In this document: positions 11,685 through 23,810 of the stretch, piece after piece
Numbering within the stretch: the first letter of the stretch is position 1
Layout of the letters: every line of letters starts with the position of its first letter
Origin: Selaginella moellendorffii
Taxonomy: Eukaryota > Plantae > Lycopodiophyta
Assembly: GCF_000143415.4 (NCBI RefSeq)
Contig: NW_003314418.1
Span: 1-64,000, forward strand
Length of the DNA stretch: 64,000 nt
Direction: 5' to 3'
Notes under the pieces: model-generated
The model's input: the letters and a program-made list of their open reading frames with translations, nothing else
Told to the model about the DNA's origin: nothing
Database searches by the model: none
Made by a program: the position numbers and the translations under genes

Positions 11685-14070
11685 TCAAAAGTAGTTGTCA
11701 CAGGAACATCTGCCATCCTGGAACACATGAACCCGACTGGCATCTTTGCAGATGATTAGCCTTTTTTCCAGCTTAGAGATGAGAGCAGTGGCCACATTGG
11801 CAATCTTCACAAACTCGGAGATTTCTCACAATTCTGATGGTCTCCTTCTGGTGCGACTTCACCAGAGCACACCCCAGCACAAGCTTCTCACTGTGGCCGC
11901 ACAGGTGATACAGGAAAAGTGCATTCTTTTTCTGTCGGGGATAGGAGTCACTCACAGAGCAACGAGATTGCGGCCAAGCTCAAGCAATTGTTGCTGAGAA
12001 TGAAAGAGAAGGGGTACATGAGCGATGTGATCAACGTTCTAAAAGACATACCCGAGGAAGGGAAAGAGAGCTAACATCCGTCCACCAGCTTCTCCCGGGC
12101 TCCTGAAGCTGCCTTCACCTCTCATTCTCTCCACAACAGCGGCCCTTTCACTGAGCATCCCCAGGTTTCCAAATATATTGGCCATCAATGCGTAGGGCGT
12201 GCCGCTCTTGGGATCCATCTCCACAAGACACTCAAACGCGAGTTTGCCAATCGTGTAATTCTTCCACTTCCAGCAGGCTCCGAGCAGGGACGTCCAAACC
12301 ACTGCATCCGGTTCAAAAGGCATGGCTCTGAGAACTCTCACAGCTTCATCGAGGAGGTTAGCTCGCCCGAGCATATCGATCAGGCACACATAATGCTCCA
12401 GACGTGGCTTGACTCCATACTGCTTGGGCATTTCATCCAGAAGCTGCCTTCCTAGACCACCATGGCTGCAAGTGTTCAACACCGAGACAAAACTCACATC
12501 GTCAGCTTTACAGGCCTCCTCCTGAGTCATGGAATAGAAACGCTCCAAGGTCTCGATCGATCGGCCCTGGAAAGTGTAAGCCTGTATGAGAGAGTTCCAG
12601 AGACCCGTGTTGTCCCGAGCTTGGCACTCGTCAAACGCTTCCTGAGCAGAATCAACATCGCTGCATTTGCCGTAGAAGCTCACCAGGCTGGAGCCCAGAA
12701 CTGGATTGTTTTTCAGCAGTTCTTTATGCTTCACCAGCTGGTGAATCTCCCTCCCGAGCTTGATCGCCATCACACTCCCGCAAGCAACAAGGACACAGGT
12801 GGAGGTGCAAGCATGAGCTTGAATGGTGTTATCAGCTCTCAGGGCAGAGTAGTACTCCAGAGCAAGTTCAGCTCGCCCGTTCGTGTTGCAGCCCTGGATG
12901 ATCGCAGTGTAGGAGACAACACTCCGAGTTCCCATGGAGTGGAAAATCTTGCGAGCCTCCTCAAGCTCGCCACACTTGCAGTACATGTCTACCAGGCAAG
13001 TCCCCATGTACAGACCTAGATGTTTCTTCTCCTTGCTCAGTACTGAATGGACTTCCATCCCGATGCGTAGAGCTCTCTCCCTCTTCTCGCTGGATTCGGT
13101 AGCAAGTGTGGAGCAGGCGCTGATCACCGCGACATGTGTCCGATCGTCAGGTTCAATAGTGTTATCAGCTCTCAGGGCAGAGTAGTACTCCAGAGCAAGT
13201 TCAGCTTGCCCGTTCGAGCCACAGCCCTGGCTGATCGCATTGTAGGACACAACACTCCGAGTTCCCATGGAGTGGAAAATCCTGCGAGCCTCCTCAAGCT
13301 CGCCACACTTGCAGTACATGTCGACCAGGCAAGTCGCCACGAACAGATCTACCTGTTTCTTCTCCTTGCTCAGCATTGAATGGATCTCCATCCGATGCAT
13401 AGAGCTCTCTCCCTCTTCTCGCTGGATTCGGTAGCAAGTCTGGAGCAGGCGCTGATCACCGCGACATGTGTCCAATCGTTGGGTTGAATGGTGGTACAAG
13501 CTCTCAGGGCAGAGTAGTACTCCAGAGCGAGTTCAGCTTGCCCGTTCGAGCCGCAGCCCTGGATGATCGCGTTGTAGGACACAACACTCCGGGTTCCCAT
13601 GGAGTCGAAAATCTTGCGAGCCTCCTCAAGCTCGCCACACTTGCAGTACATATCGATCAATCCCGTCAACAAGTAGATGTTGCTTTTGTGCTCATCACTC
13701 TTGAGCACAGCTTCATGGGCTTGTTTTCCCAAAGAAAGGGATCTGCTCTCAGGTGAGTCTCTCACGCGGCCTCCCTAAACTCACCGGTTCATCACCAGCT
13801 ACAGGTGGGGTATGTGGAGATTTGTAGCGGGCCGTGGTGGCCTTACCTACAGCTGGGTCAGCGAGCGACTCGAGTTTTGCAGAGACCCAGGTTGGTGTTT
13901 TCCTGTTGGCGATCCCTCTCTCCGGTAGAAACATGTTTGAAATCCGGGTAGGACTCTGAGAAGAACTTGTTTTTCTTCTTGAACCACCAGAAAGTGGGAT
14001 CCCTGAAAAACGTTTTCCACTGCATGAGATTGTTGCACACACACCACACAAACCCTAGCGCCGCACGCAT
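11685..14070 (-). pseudogene. PDF-motif/PLS-PPR/E-E+-DYW pseudogene (short 3-unit paralog of 44515-48263)
   Basis: Same sequence as the 1225-aa ORF but with frameshifts (PDF region, ~13390), only 3 S-P starts and a 158-bp inversion (11911-12068). Keeps the original C-terminal tail ...RVHVFQDGRCSCDNYF*. Confidence 0.9.
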
Positions 14071-15160
14071 ACCCTAGAAATCCCTATTTGTTATTGCATG
14101 CACTTAACTGTAGTAGTAAAAAGCTCGTGTTTTCTGTTTTTTCTTTTTCTAATTCTTTTCCTTTTTAAACTTTACAATGTCACAGCTTAACTGCAGCAGC
14201 TTAGATGTTTATTGTTTCTTTGATATATATAGAAAGTGAGCCAGCAGCAATCAGTTGCTCAAGAGCTGAAGAATCAGTACATGCATAATTTTCAGACAAT
14301 CTTCTAACTGGCTGAACATCAGGTTTTTATGATTATTATTATTATTACTAACAACACGCACGAACTTCCTAGAAATTCCGATTTGTTATTCTCTGCATTC
14401 ATTTTTTATATAATCTGTTGCTGCATGCACTTAACTGTAGGTAGTCTTCAGTTCTTCAATATAATCTGCTAACTAAAAGATATCGATACACTCAATATAC
14501 AAAAATAAACCACACTCTACACAAATTAAATAAAAAATGCTCTTCATGGGGCGACGCAGCCAGAAGCCTCAGGGCACCAGTTTCATGCAGAACACTTTCG
14601 CAAATGACTCTCGCCCGGGGCCCATGCACAGGAGTCCTCGGGCGGTGGTAAAACTTCACAAGGCCTCACGTACTTATATTCACCCTGGGCTTCTGGCTGC
14701 TCCACAACATACCTTACCACACCAAACTCTTCGCACATGAAGCCACGCATGGAGGAAAAAACCGCGTGAGGCCTCACGTGCTTCCATTCAGTCCTTATAT
14801 GTGTTCTTGGCCTCGCTCAGTTCATCTCCTTTGTTGTCCACCTGCGCTTCTTTACTTCATGTTTTTTCTTGCATGCTTCGATTGACATCTTCAGATTTTC
14901 AAGCGAACGATTGTGGCATACCGTGGCTACGTTTTTCGGCAGAGCTTGGAGGTGCTGAAAGCGGCATTAAGTTCGTGGAGGATTGATCTTGATTTGGATT
15001 GTATGGATCTCTATAAATTTTGAAACTTGAGTTTATTTTTCTTCTTTTTCTTCTGTGTTGCCAAAATAACTGGTGTCAAACTTGCTTTTGCAGACTATCT
15101 CTAGTACTTCTGGATGCAATCAAGGCCTGCTGCTCATTGCTTCAAAGGAGGAGATGATAA

Positions 15161-15490
15161 TTGATCCCCAAAGAGCGAGCTCGATGGTTTTGTTGTTTCC
15201 ATCAAGTTATCATTCCGCTGCGATCTGAAACACCACATCGTCCACTGTACTTTCACAGGTTTCGAGACAGGTACCCAGGAAAGGTGTATTCCATTGTTGT
15301 TCCTCAGGACCTGGACTTGTTTTGCCGCCTCAAGTGTGAGCTGATCAAGATGAGGGAGATGCTTGCGATGGTGGAGGCGTGGGATCGAGCAAAGTTGCAG
15401 ATGCAGTATGAGGATGATTTCTTCTACAACTATGATGAGTGGGACAGCTTTGTGGAACTTTCCACATTGAGATCGTCGGTTGTAGCATAA
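15161..15490 (+). pseudogene. Unidentified degenerate coding fragment (duplicated at ~43060-43460, minus strand)
   Basis: Protein-like ORF (RARWFCCFHQVIIPLRSE...DDFFYNYDEW), interrupted in the second copy. No family recognised. Confidence 0.25.
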
Positions 15491-16329
15491 GTTATCTCCT
15501 GGAGAAATGGTCCTGGCTCAAGGAGCAGTTTGCACGCATCCGCACGTCAAGATTGTTGGAGAGCTCAACTGGAAGATGGAAAAAGGCCAAGGTGACTCAT
15601 GGGGTTTCAAAACCTGCACTCGGCTTGGTAAGGTTTGGTGAGTTAAATAAGTACGATGAGTTTGAAGAGACAATCGCAAAAAAAAGGGGGGGGGGGGGAG
15701 ACATCTAGACGTGAAGCGTGCTAGCTCTCCTGAATGGCTTCAAAGAGGTGAGGTGTCTTAAAGAGGAGATGATAGAGCTGAGCATGGAGCTGAACTTGGC
15801 TTGTGCTCCTTGTAAGAGCTAACTAGCTAGCAAAAACAGAGGAGACGGTGAAGAGGATGCCTCTTGAACTCCAAGAGAACAACAGACCTTTTTTCTTAAG
15901 GGGGGGAGAAGCTGCTAGCAGCTCAGAAGTAGGAGCGGTGGAGCAAGAGGTTAGGGCTGATGTCATCCCTGTGCACCAAGACTGCTGGGTGGTTCGGGGC
16001 TTGGTTAAAGTAGGCAACCGGGTGGAGGCAGGGGGTTGGGAGCAATCCGAGGCTTGAGGTATGACTTGTCTTTTCTACCTGGTGGAACTCCATCCGAGCA
16101 TTCCTACTTCCCTCTTTTAAGCTGCTACATCACGTTTTTACTCTTAGCTCGTCACATTTATACTCTAATTTCACAATAACTCGCATTTTCACTCTAATTA
16201 ATTCTTTTTTTTCCCTTCCTCTAACTTACAATAAATACACATTAAAAATTGTTAATTTATTATTATTAAAAAGTTAGTGTATTCCAATTTTGGAATATAT
16301 GGTAGAATCCTTACATCAATCCGTTCACA

Positions 16330-17930
16330 CACAATATCGAGCTAACCGCTTCACATGGATCTTCTCTTGACGTTGTGCATTGAGTGTCACCACATAGATT
16401 TGTGGACCAACTTGTTGGACGATGTGATAAGGACCTACGCAGCAAAACCTTGGATCCGCAACACCCGATAACTCACCAACACTTGATCACCAACAACATA
16501 TGTAGAAACTTTAGAAACTCCAGCGGGTGCAAAGTCCGGGCAAAAGTAGAGTGGAATTCAGTTATTCGGAATGTGCCACACCCAGGAATTCAATCCAAAG
16601 CTCTTCTCTTCAAAGTTCTTGTGTCAGGTTTATATCCACGAAACCAGAGCTGGCACCTCCTCTTCAGAGCTCAGCTGTAGAAGATCTTGCTTAGACAGGG
16701 TGGTAACTAGAAACAAGGAATCGATTGGCACTGCTCCTCTCAACACAAAGAAGGTCCAGGATGGAATAGCAAAAGAGATGTTGAAGATATGGAAGTCACA
16801 TTCCTACCCAGGTTAAGTCAGAAAGAACCAGACCATCTGACAGAGGCATTAGCTGATCGCTTGTTCTTCAACGTAGCGCATAAGAACAGTAATCAACAGT
16901 ATATAGGTGACTGTTCAGCTCCAGGCTTGGGTAGAGGTCTTTGGCGTGGAATAGGAATGTGGGAGCTTCGATCAAAGACTTATTGGATCTACAAAGAGCT
17001 AGCAAGCCATCACGTACAGCAAAGTTCTTGTTGGGATCTTGGTTTTCTTCCTCAGGGTATGATACAATGAAAAAGGTAAAGTCAGGTATTTGTTTAACGT
17101 TCGCTTGGAGCAAATCCTGCTCATCGGATGGCCTCATGACAACCCATTACAACCCAGGATGAAAACTCCACATCAAAGCTTAAGGCAGCATCACTTGTGA
17201 TCGCCTTCATCTTGCTTTACAAACTGAAGTTATGAGGTTCATGATTGGATAATGCTTGATGGTGCTGAGACTCAAATCATCTTTGTTATGGAAACAACCC
17301 CATCACCTCAAGGTGTTGTTTTTTATCCCCATAACAGTGGTGCACTGTTTCCATGTATAGTTCCCAAGGAGGTCCCAGTTCCCAGGATGGCCTTTGGTAA
17401 AAGGATCAGGACGATACATCAGAGAGGGAAATACACTGAACTGGATCCTAAGGTTCAACTGGGAGAATGCTCTGCAATACACTAGTTTGAGGAGTACCTA
17501 TATCTGATCTTATATAGGATCCGGCTCAGTTATCCTGGGAAGGTAATGAGTTCAGTGTGTCTTTTTATATGTACAGGTCTAAGCATGGGAGAGAGCTTTT
17601 GATGGATAAAATTGACACCAAGCTTATGCAGAAGTTGAAGAATCGGAAGTACATTGTAAACATGTGGAAGACACTGGTGGAAGCTAAGTAAGCTGGCTTC
17701 TTGTGCAGGACAGCATCCCTGTTGGTGATTGGCTCACAGTTCACAAAACTCTGTGTATTCTATGCAATGAAAACCCCGTGGAGATGCTTGAACACCTCTT
17801 CACACGCAAATTTGCAGTTGGTATTTGGCTCTTTGATCAGAGACCTAGGTCCAGAATCAGCTGGTTCATCACGAAATATGGTGACATTTTCCCCTCTGCT
17901 CCAACTATGATGAACAGTAGGTGAGGAGAG
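16330..17930 (+). mobile_element. Degenerate non-LTR (LINE) ORF2 relic with zf-RVT-like motif
   Basis: KVSWLLVQDSIPVGDWL...CILCNENPVEMLEHLF...AVGIW (~17680-17830) fits the C-terminal RT-associated zinc finger of plant LINEs. Boundaries approximate. Confidence 0.6.
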
Positions 17931-17974
17931 AGAAGCTAGCAAAGCATCCCACTAACAAAACTGCTAACTGTCTC

Positions 17975-19262
17975 ACGTGACACAACACCTCCAGCCATCA
18001 ACAGGGTCAGAAAAGAAAGAAAGGATAGGAGCAAGTGACTACTTCTCCTCTTCCTCTGGAATGTCATCCAAGTCATACTCAAAATTAGGAAACATCTTCC
18101 TCACATCATCCTCAGCTTCCCATGTAGCATCATATGGAGAATAACCATTCCACTGAACAAGTAACTCTGTCCAAGTCTTACGACGTGTGCACGCTAGCCG
18201 TTGCTATAACACACAAGTAGGGCCAACCTTCAAACATCTATCTCTGGAATCTTGATTGCAGACTGGTCCAAGATATTACCAGAATGCAAACACGCCTTCA
18301 ACTTCCCTACATAGAAGACGGGATGAATCTTCACACCACTAGGCAAGTCTAGTTGATAGGAAAGGTCTCCAACTTGTTTGAGAATAATCCAAGGCCCATA
18401 GTACTGTGGCGACAACTTAGAACTACCTCCACCTTGAAGAGCTCAGTGAGCTTCAGACAACCGAAGGAAAACCTTGTCTCCAAGCTGAAACTGCTTGTGC
18501 TGACAATGCTCATCAGCCAACTCCTTTGCCTAGTGCACCTTAAGAGAAGCCAAGTTCATACCAACAGGGGACCGAGGTTGAAAGCCATACATTGCCATAA
18601 ACAGAGCCATCTCAATAGCCAAATGGAAGGCACAGTTATGGGCAAACTCTAACAAAGGCAGGTACTTCTCCCAAATACCTTATCTCTTCAGATGACCAAC
18701 AAATGATCTCAGCATGTCTTCCAGCATCTAATTAACTCGTTTTTTTTGTCCATACTGTGGATGCTCATGCTCAGCTTTGTCTCAAGCTTCTAGAACACTG
18801 TCTACCAAAACTCCAAAGTGAATGTGGGATCCTGATCACTTACAACATCCTTAGGCAGCCCATAGAGAAATACAGCTGAGCAAGGTCAAAAGCCTTAGCA
18901 TTTGTCTTCACAAGGAAGAAGTGAGCCAACATCATCACACAATCCACAACAACTCAAATAGCATTATTGCCTTGAAGTGCCTACTATGAAACTCATAGAA
19001 AATGCTATCCCACTTCTGCTAAGGTTAACTATGGTAGAGACCTTCATGCTTTTGACAATCCATTGTGACTGCCTGGCCAGTTTAGCAACTGTGCACATAT
19101 TTATCAACACTTGACTTCATTCCAAGCCAAAATAAATGTGTCTCTACCAGAACACATATCCTTAGATGTCTTACATTTGGTGCAACGGACACTCTTACAG
19201 AATCCACTGTAAAAGAACATCATCTTTAGGAACCATAGCCCAATTCCTCTTGACTAGGAAAC
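17975..19262 (-). mobile_element. Chromovirus (Ty3/gypsy) integrase-chromodomain fragment
   Basis: LSPQYYGPW...SYQLDLPSGVKIHPVFYV (GPY/F region) followed by chromodomain-like ELLVQWNGYSPYDATWEAEDD (~18090-18170). Confidence 0.8.
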
Positions 19263-22066
19263 TGTTAGGTGCCAACTTTGACCACATAGTCAACATTGGT
19301 AAAAGGGAGGCTCAAGGGTATATTAAGGCATGTTAGGGTAAGGGACTTAATCTATTTTATAGTTCATAGTAGAGTTAGTGGAGCTTTTGAGGTAGCTCGG
19401 GGGTGGTTAGGTGGTGAGGAACCTCAAGAGGTGGCGTAGCATAGTTTAAGGTGACTAGATCTCTATCCTTTTGCGCCAGATTATAACATTGGTATCAGAG
19501 GGAGGTTGGTAGCGATGGCTGTCCAAACTGAACATTGGAATCCTATTGTCGATGGTGGTGCTAATGATGGTGCCGACGGAGCTGTGGAGATTTGGAACAT
19601 TTAGGATATGGTTTATGAGCTGCAATCCCTTAATTAAAATTAGCAAAAGATGCAAGATGAGATGCATGACATGATGGATATTATGTATGGGCAAGCTTGG
19701 ACACTACAAGGCTGATTGTCCATAGCTAAAGAATAAGCAGCAAAGCAAAAAGAATGGCCAATTTTTTATTGATGGTAAGTTAGATACTAAAAATTTGCAC
19801 ACTTTGTAGTATGAGGATGACGGGGATGACCATTCCGGTTGGAGGAAGAGGCTTTCAATTGTTGCTTGTCAACTCAACTGTGTGTGGAACAAGATGGAGT
19901 TCAAGGATACTTGTGAATCAACTTTAATGCTGGAGGGCATGTTCAGTGGTGGTCCAATACGAATTTTACTAGAGAGTGGGAGCAATGACAACTTTGTTTC
20001 AGCAACGTTTGTTGCAGAGTATGGCCTGGTCACACACAAAGTTCCTCTATACACAGTGGAAGGTGCAGTTACCTCTACTCAACATTTCGATGCTTGTGTA
20101 GAGGAGCTAGAAGTGTTGGTTGGCAAAACCACACTTCTAAAAACTTTTTATCTCGTGGATATCCATCATGTGGATCTCATTCTTGGGATGCCATGGTTGG
20201 TGAAGGTGGATCCGGAGATAAAGTGTAGTATTAAGAATGTCTCGTTGGAGTATAGCAACGTTAAATATGTGTGGTTTGGAGAGGGAGTTCAACCTCCAAT
20301 TGTTATGCTCTCCGCTATATCTTTGAAGGGGGCTTGTTGTAATGGAAAGGCACTTTTGAGTTACTTGCTGTTTGTTTATAACTTAGGAGACCAAGGCATG
20401 TGTGGGGGAGAAGTAGTAGTACAGGATGTACTCGACAAGTTTGCTGATGTTTTTCCACTTGAACTTCTTCATGGGTTGCCTCCATTACGAGATGTGGAGC
20501 ATGAGATTATGTTGGAGCCGGGGATATGGCCAATTTACCAGCATCTATTTCAGTTAAGTTATGTGGAGGAGCAAGAAGTTCAATAATAAGTCAAAAAGTT
20601 ACTTGAGTTTGGATTTATTCAGCCAAGTAAGTCTCTATTTGGTGCTCCAGTCTTGCTTGTGAAGAAGAAGGATGGTTCAATACGGATGTGTATTGACTAC
20701 TGTGTCTTGAACAAGAAGACGGTGAAGGATAAAATGCTAATGCCGCATGTGGATGATATCTTAGACAAGCTTGGTGAAGCAAAAGTGTGTACCAAGATTA
20801 ATATGAGGAGTGGATATCATGAGATTGCAATGGATGATGCATCTATCTCCAAGACGGCATTTAACACAAACTTCAAGCATTTTGAGTTTATAGTTATGCC
20901 GTTTAGTTTAACGAATGCACCAGCCATATTTACTCGGTTGATGACGGAGGTATTTGGGCGTTATTTTCATGAGTTTATGGAGATTTTCTTGGATGATATT
21001 CTTGTTTTCAGCAAGAATATGGAGGAGCATAAGGTGCATTTGCGCAAGGTTTTTTCGTTACTTCGTGATATCAAACTTTATGTGAAGAAGAGCAAATGTG
21101 AGTTTGCAAAGTCGGAGGTGGAATATCTAGGCCATATTGTGACATCTAAGGATGTCAAGATGGCTGTGGTGGAGAACTGGATTACACCAACTACAGTGGC
21201 TGAGTTATGTAGTTTCCTTAAAATAGCTAGTTACTACTGACGTTTCCAGCATAAGTTTGCGGAGGTGGCTATTCCTTTAACATGGTTGTTATGCAAGAAT
21301 GTGCTATTCGAGTGGAAGAAGCCACAAGAGGAGAGTTTTGTGGTGCTGAAACAATTATTGAGTGAGACTCCAGTGCTTCGCATTGCTGATGCATCAAAAC
21401 CTTACAAGGTGACATATGATGTGAGTGGTTATGCACTGGGAGGAGTTTTCATGCAAGAGGGACAACGTATTGCATATGAGAGTCAAACTTTGAATCTTGC
21501 AGAGCAATGTTATTCCACATATGAGCAAGAGTTACTCTCTATTGTTCATGCTTTGTGGACGTGGTGGCACTATCTTTATGGTGCAGTATTCATAGTGTTG
21601 ACAGATTGCAAACCACTTGTGTGTCTTTTCACACAAAAGGAGTTGAACACTAGACAACCTCGTTGGATAGTCAAACTCATGGAGTTTGGGGAGTTTAGTG
21701 ACGGGCCCAATGCCTCCTTAATGTATATGACTGTGGAAGATAGATTAGGAGCTTGAGCAAGGTTCCCTAGAAAGGGTGATCACTAGTACAACTTGTTTTT
21801 GGCAAAAGGACTTTGTTGGGGGGAAGAATTGTTAGGTGTTAACTTTGACCATATGATCAATGTCAGTCAAAGGCAGACTCAAAGGTATATTAAGGCATGT
21901 TAGGGTAAAGAATTTAACCTACCCTAGAGCTCACTGTGGAGCAGTGGTGCAAAAGAGCTTTTGAGGTAACTCAAGGGTGGTTGAGTGGTGAGGAACTTCA
22001 AAAGGAGGCCTAATCTAGTTTAGGAAGATTAGATTGTTGACTTTTTGTTTGTGCTGTGTCATAACA
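19263..22066 (+). mobile_element. Internally deleted Ty3/gypsy element (copy G1): 5' LTR 19263-19488, PBS 19490-19500, PR-RT-RH, PPT, 3' LTR 21830-22066
   Basis: TGTTA...TAACA LTRs; tRNA-iMet-type PBS tggtatcagag; protease LESGSNDNF; RT RMCIDY/FLDDIL; RNase H YDVSG; PPT ggggggaagaat. Most of gag and all of integrase are deleted. Flanks GAAAC vs CAATT do not form a TSD. Confidence 0.9.
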
Positions 22067-22436
22067 CAATTATTGTTCATGGTATGGATGGGGACATAAC
22101 ACTGGAACTTTTGCCAAATGTCAATAATATGCTAAAAAATATTCTTATGCTCTTTTGACATTTATGGATAATAGGAGTTCTATCACCAACAAATAACAAA
22201 AGTCCTCCTATTCTCTCTCCTCCACTCTCTTTCATAACATGCAATAAAGAATTAATGGAGGATGAGTAGTTTATGTTTGTTTTTGCTAGAGTCGTAAATA
22301 GTATAAATGTGATGATCTTGGTGGACTTTGGCTTAGCAATTTCCTATATTTAGTTTTTAATTATTTGAAGTTTCATTATAGCAAGTCTCTTGTACTTCTG
22401 TTTACTAATCATAAGTCATCAGCATAGATATTATGT

Positions 22437-23810
22437 ATGGAAACACTGGTTGTCTACGTGCGGTGTGGGCATTTGGAGGAATCGAGAAGGATTTTTGATG
22501 CATTGCCAGCCAAGAACATTGTGTCGTGGACGGCGCTCGCGAGTGCGTATGCCGAGAGTGGGCATCCGGGTGAGGCCAAGGCAGCGTTCAATCGAATGGC
22601 GGTGCGGGATGTAGTTTCCTCCACTGCGATGGTCAAGGCGCTGGGCGATTGCGGGCGGATTGGATCGAGCAAGGCGGTGTTTGATGCGATGCCCGAGAGG
22701 AACAGCAAGACGTGGGCGATGCTGCTGCGGGGATTTGCTCGCAGCGGAGAGATTGGGTGAGCGAGAGAGGTGCTGAATTGGATGCCCGAGACGAATGTGG
22801 TAGCGTGGACGATCCTCGTGGCGCAGCGCGGGCGAGTGGGCGATGCGACGGCCGCGTTTGATTCCATGCCCGAGAAGAACAGCATCACTCGCGTGGTGAT
22901 GCTCGTCATGTTTGCGGAGAATGGATTCGTGGAGGAGGCGGAGGATGTCTTCCAGGAGATTGTCCACCGAAACGCGATCCTCTGGGGGGCGATGCACTGC
23001 TGCTATGCCCAAAATGGGGATTTGATTCAAGCCAAGAGTTTGTTTAATAGGATGCCTCTGCACAGCATGCTTTCGTGGACGCATATGATCAAGTCATACG
23101 CGCAAAAAGGTGACGCTGATCAAGGAAAACAATTGTTTGAAGAAATGCCACTCAGAGATCTTGTTTCATGGAACTCGATAATCGCTCTTTATGCCCAGAG
23201 AGGTCGTTTCAAAGACGCTATACGAGCGTTTTCTTTGTGTTGCTGCTGGGATTCCTATTCATGGAACACAATTCTCGTGGTATACGCTTTAGATGCAAAT
23301 AATTGTGAGGCAAAGAAGACGTTTGATAGAATACCAACTTGGAATTTGGTCTCCTGGAACACGATGCTAGCAGCATATGCCCAGACCGGCCATGCGTATT
23401 CTGCGATCCAGCTCTTTTGGGCGATGTTTCTTCACGGCTTTGATCCCGACAAGGCAGCGTTTGCCCTCGTTTTGACGGCGTGTAGCCATCTGGGGCTCGT
23501 CAAGGAAGCAGTAAGCTACTTCACGGCAATGAGCTTTGACAATGGATTGGGCCCTTCGCAAGACCACTACACCTGCATTGTTGATGCTCTAGGACGGCTA
23601 TGGCAATTGGAAGAGGCCGAGGATGTCCTGGAGAATATGCCTTTGCCAGCTGATGGAGTTGCATGGGCAACGTTTCTTACCGCGTGTAAAAACCACGGGG
23701 AGACGAATCGAGGGATGCATGCTGCGGAATTTACGTGCCAGTCCAGCCTTGTGAGTGATGCATTGCCTTATGTGATGCTGGAGAACATCTTCAGAGCAGT
23801 TCAGACTTGA
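22437..23810 (+). pseudogene. S/SS-motif-rich PLS-E class PPR gene with premature stop (copy 1)
   Basis: Tandem 31-aa S-type motifs, then P2-L2-S2-E (LTACSHLGLV...HYTCIVDALGR). TGA at 22758-22760 where the 59-kb copy has CGA; 9-bp deletion (QGF). Confidence 0.9.

Larger units (their letters stand above)
10846..19210 (-). repeat. Left arm of a large inverted segmental duplication (partner 39385-49110; homology resumes at 5929-6033 vs ~49108-49210)
   Basis: Colinear reverse-complement identity across the PPR gene, intergenic DNA, LINE relic and chromovirus fragment. Mirrored ORF pairs in the track, e.g. 15848/42618, 17252/41091, 18230/40084. Confidence 0.95.

Noticed and set aside
22758-22760. 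Premature TGA codons repaired by U-to-C editing
   Set aside because: These are nuclear loci, and CGA>TGA is ordinary CpG decay accompanied by frameshifts.
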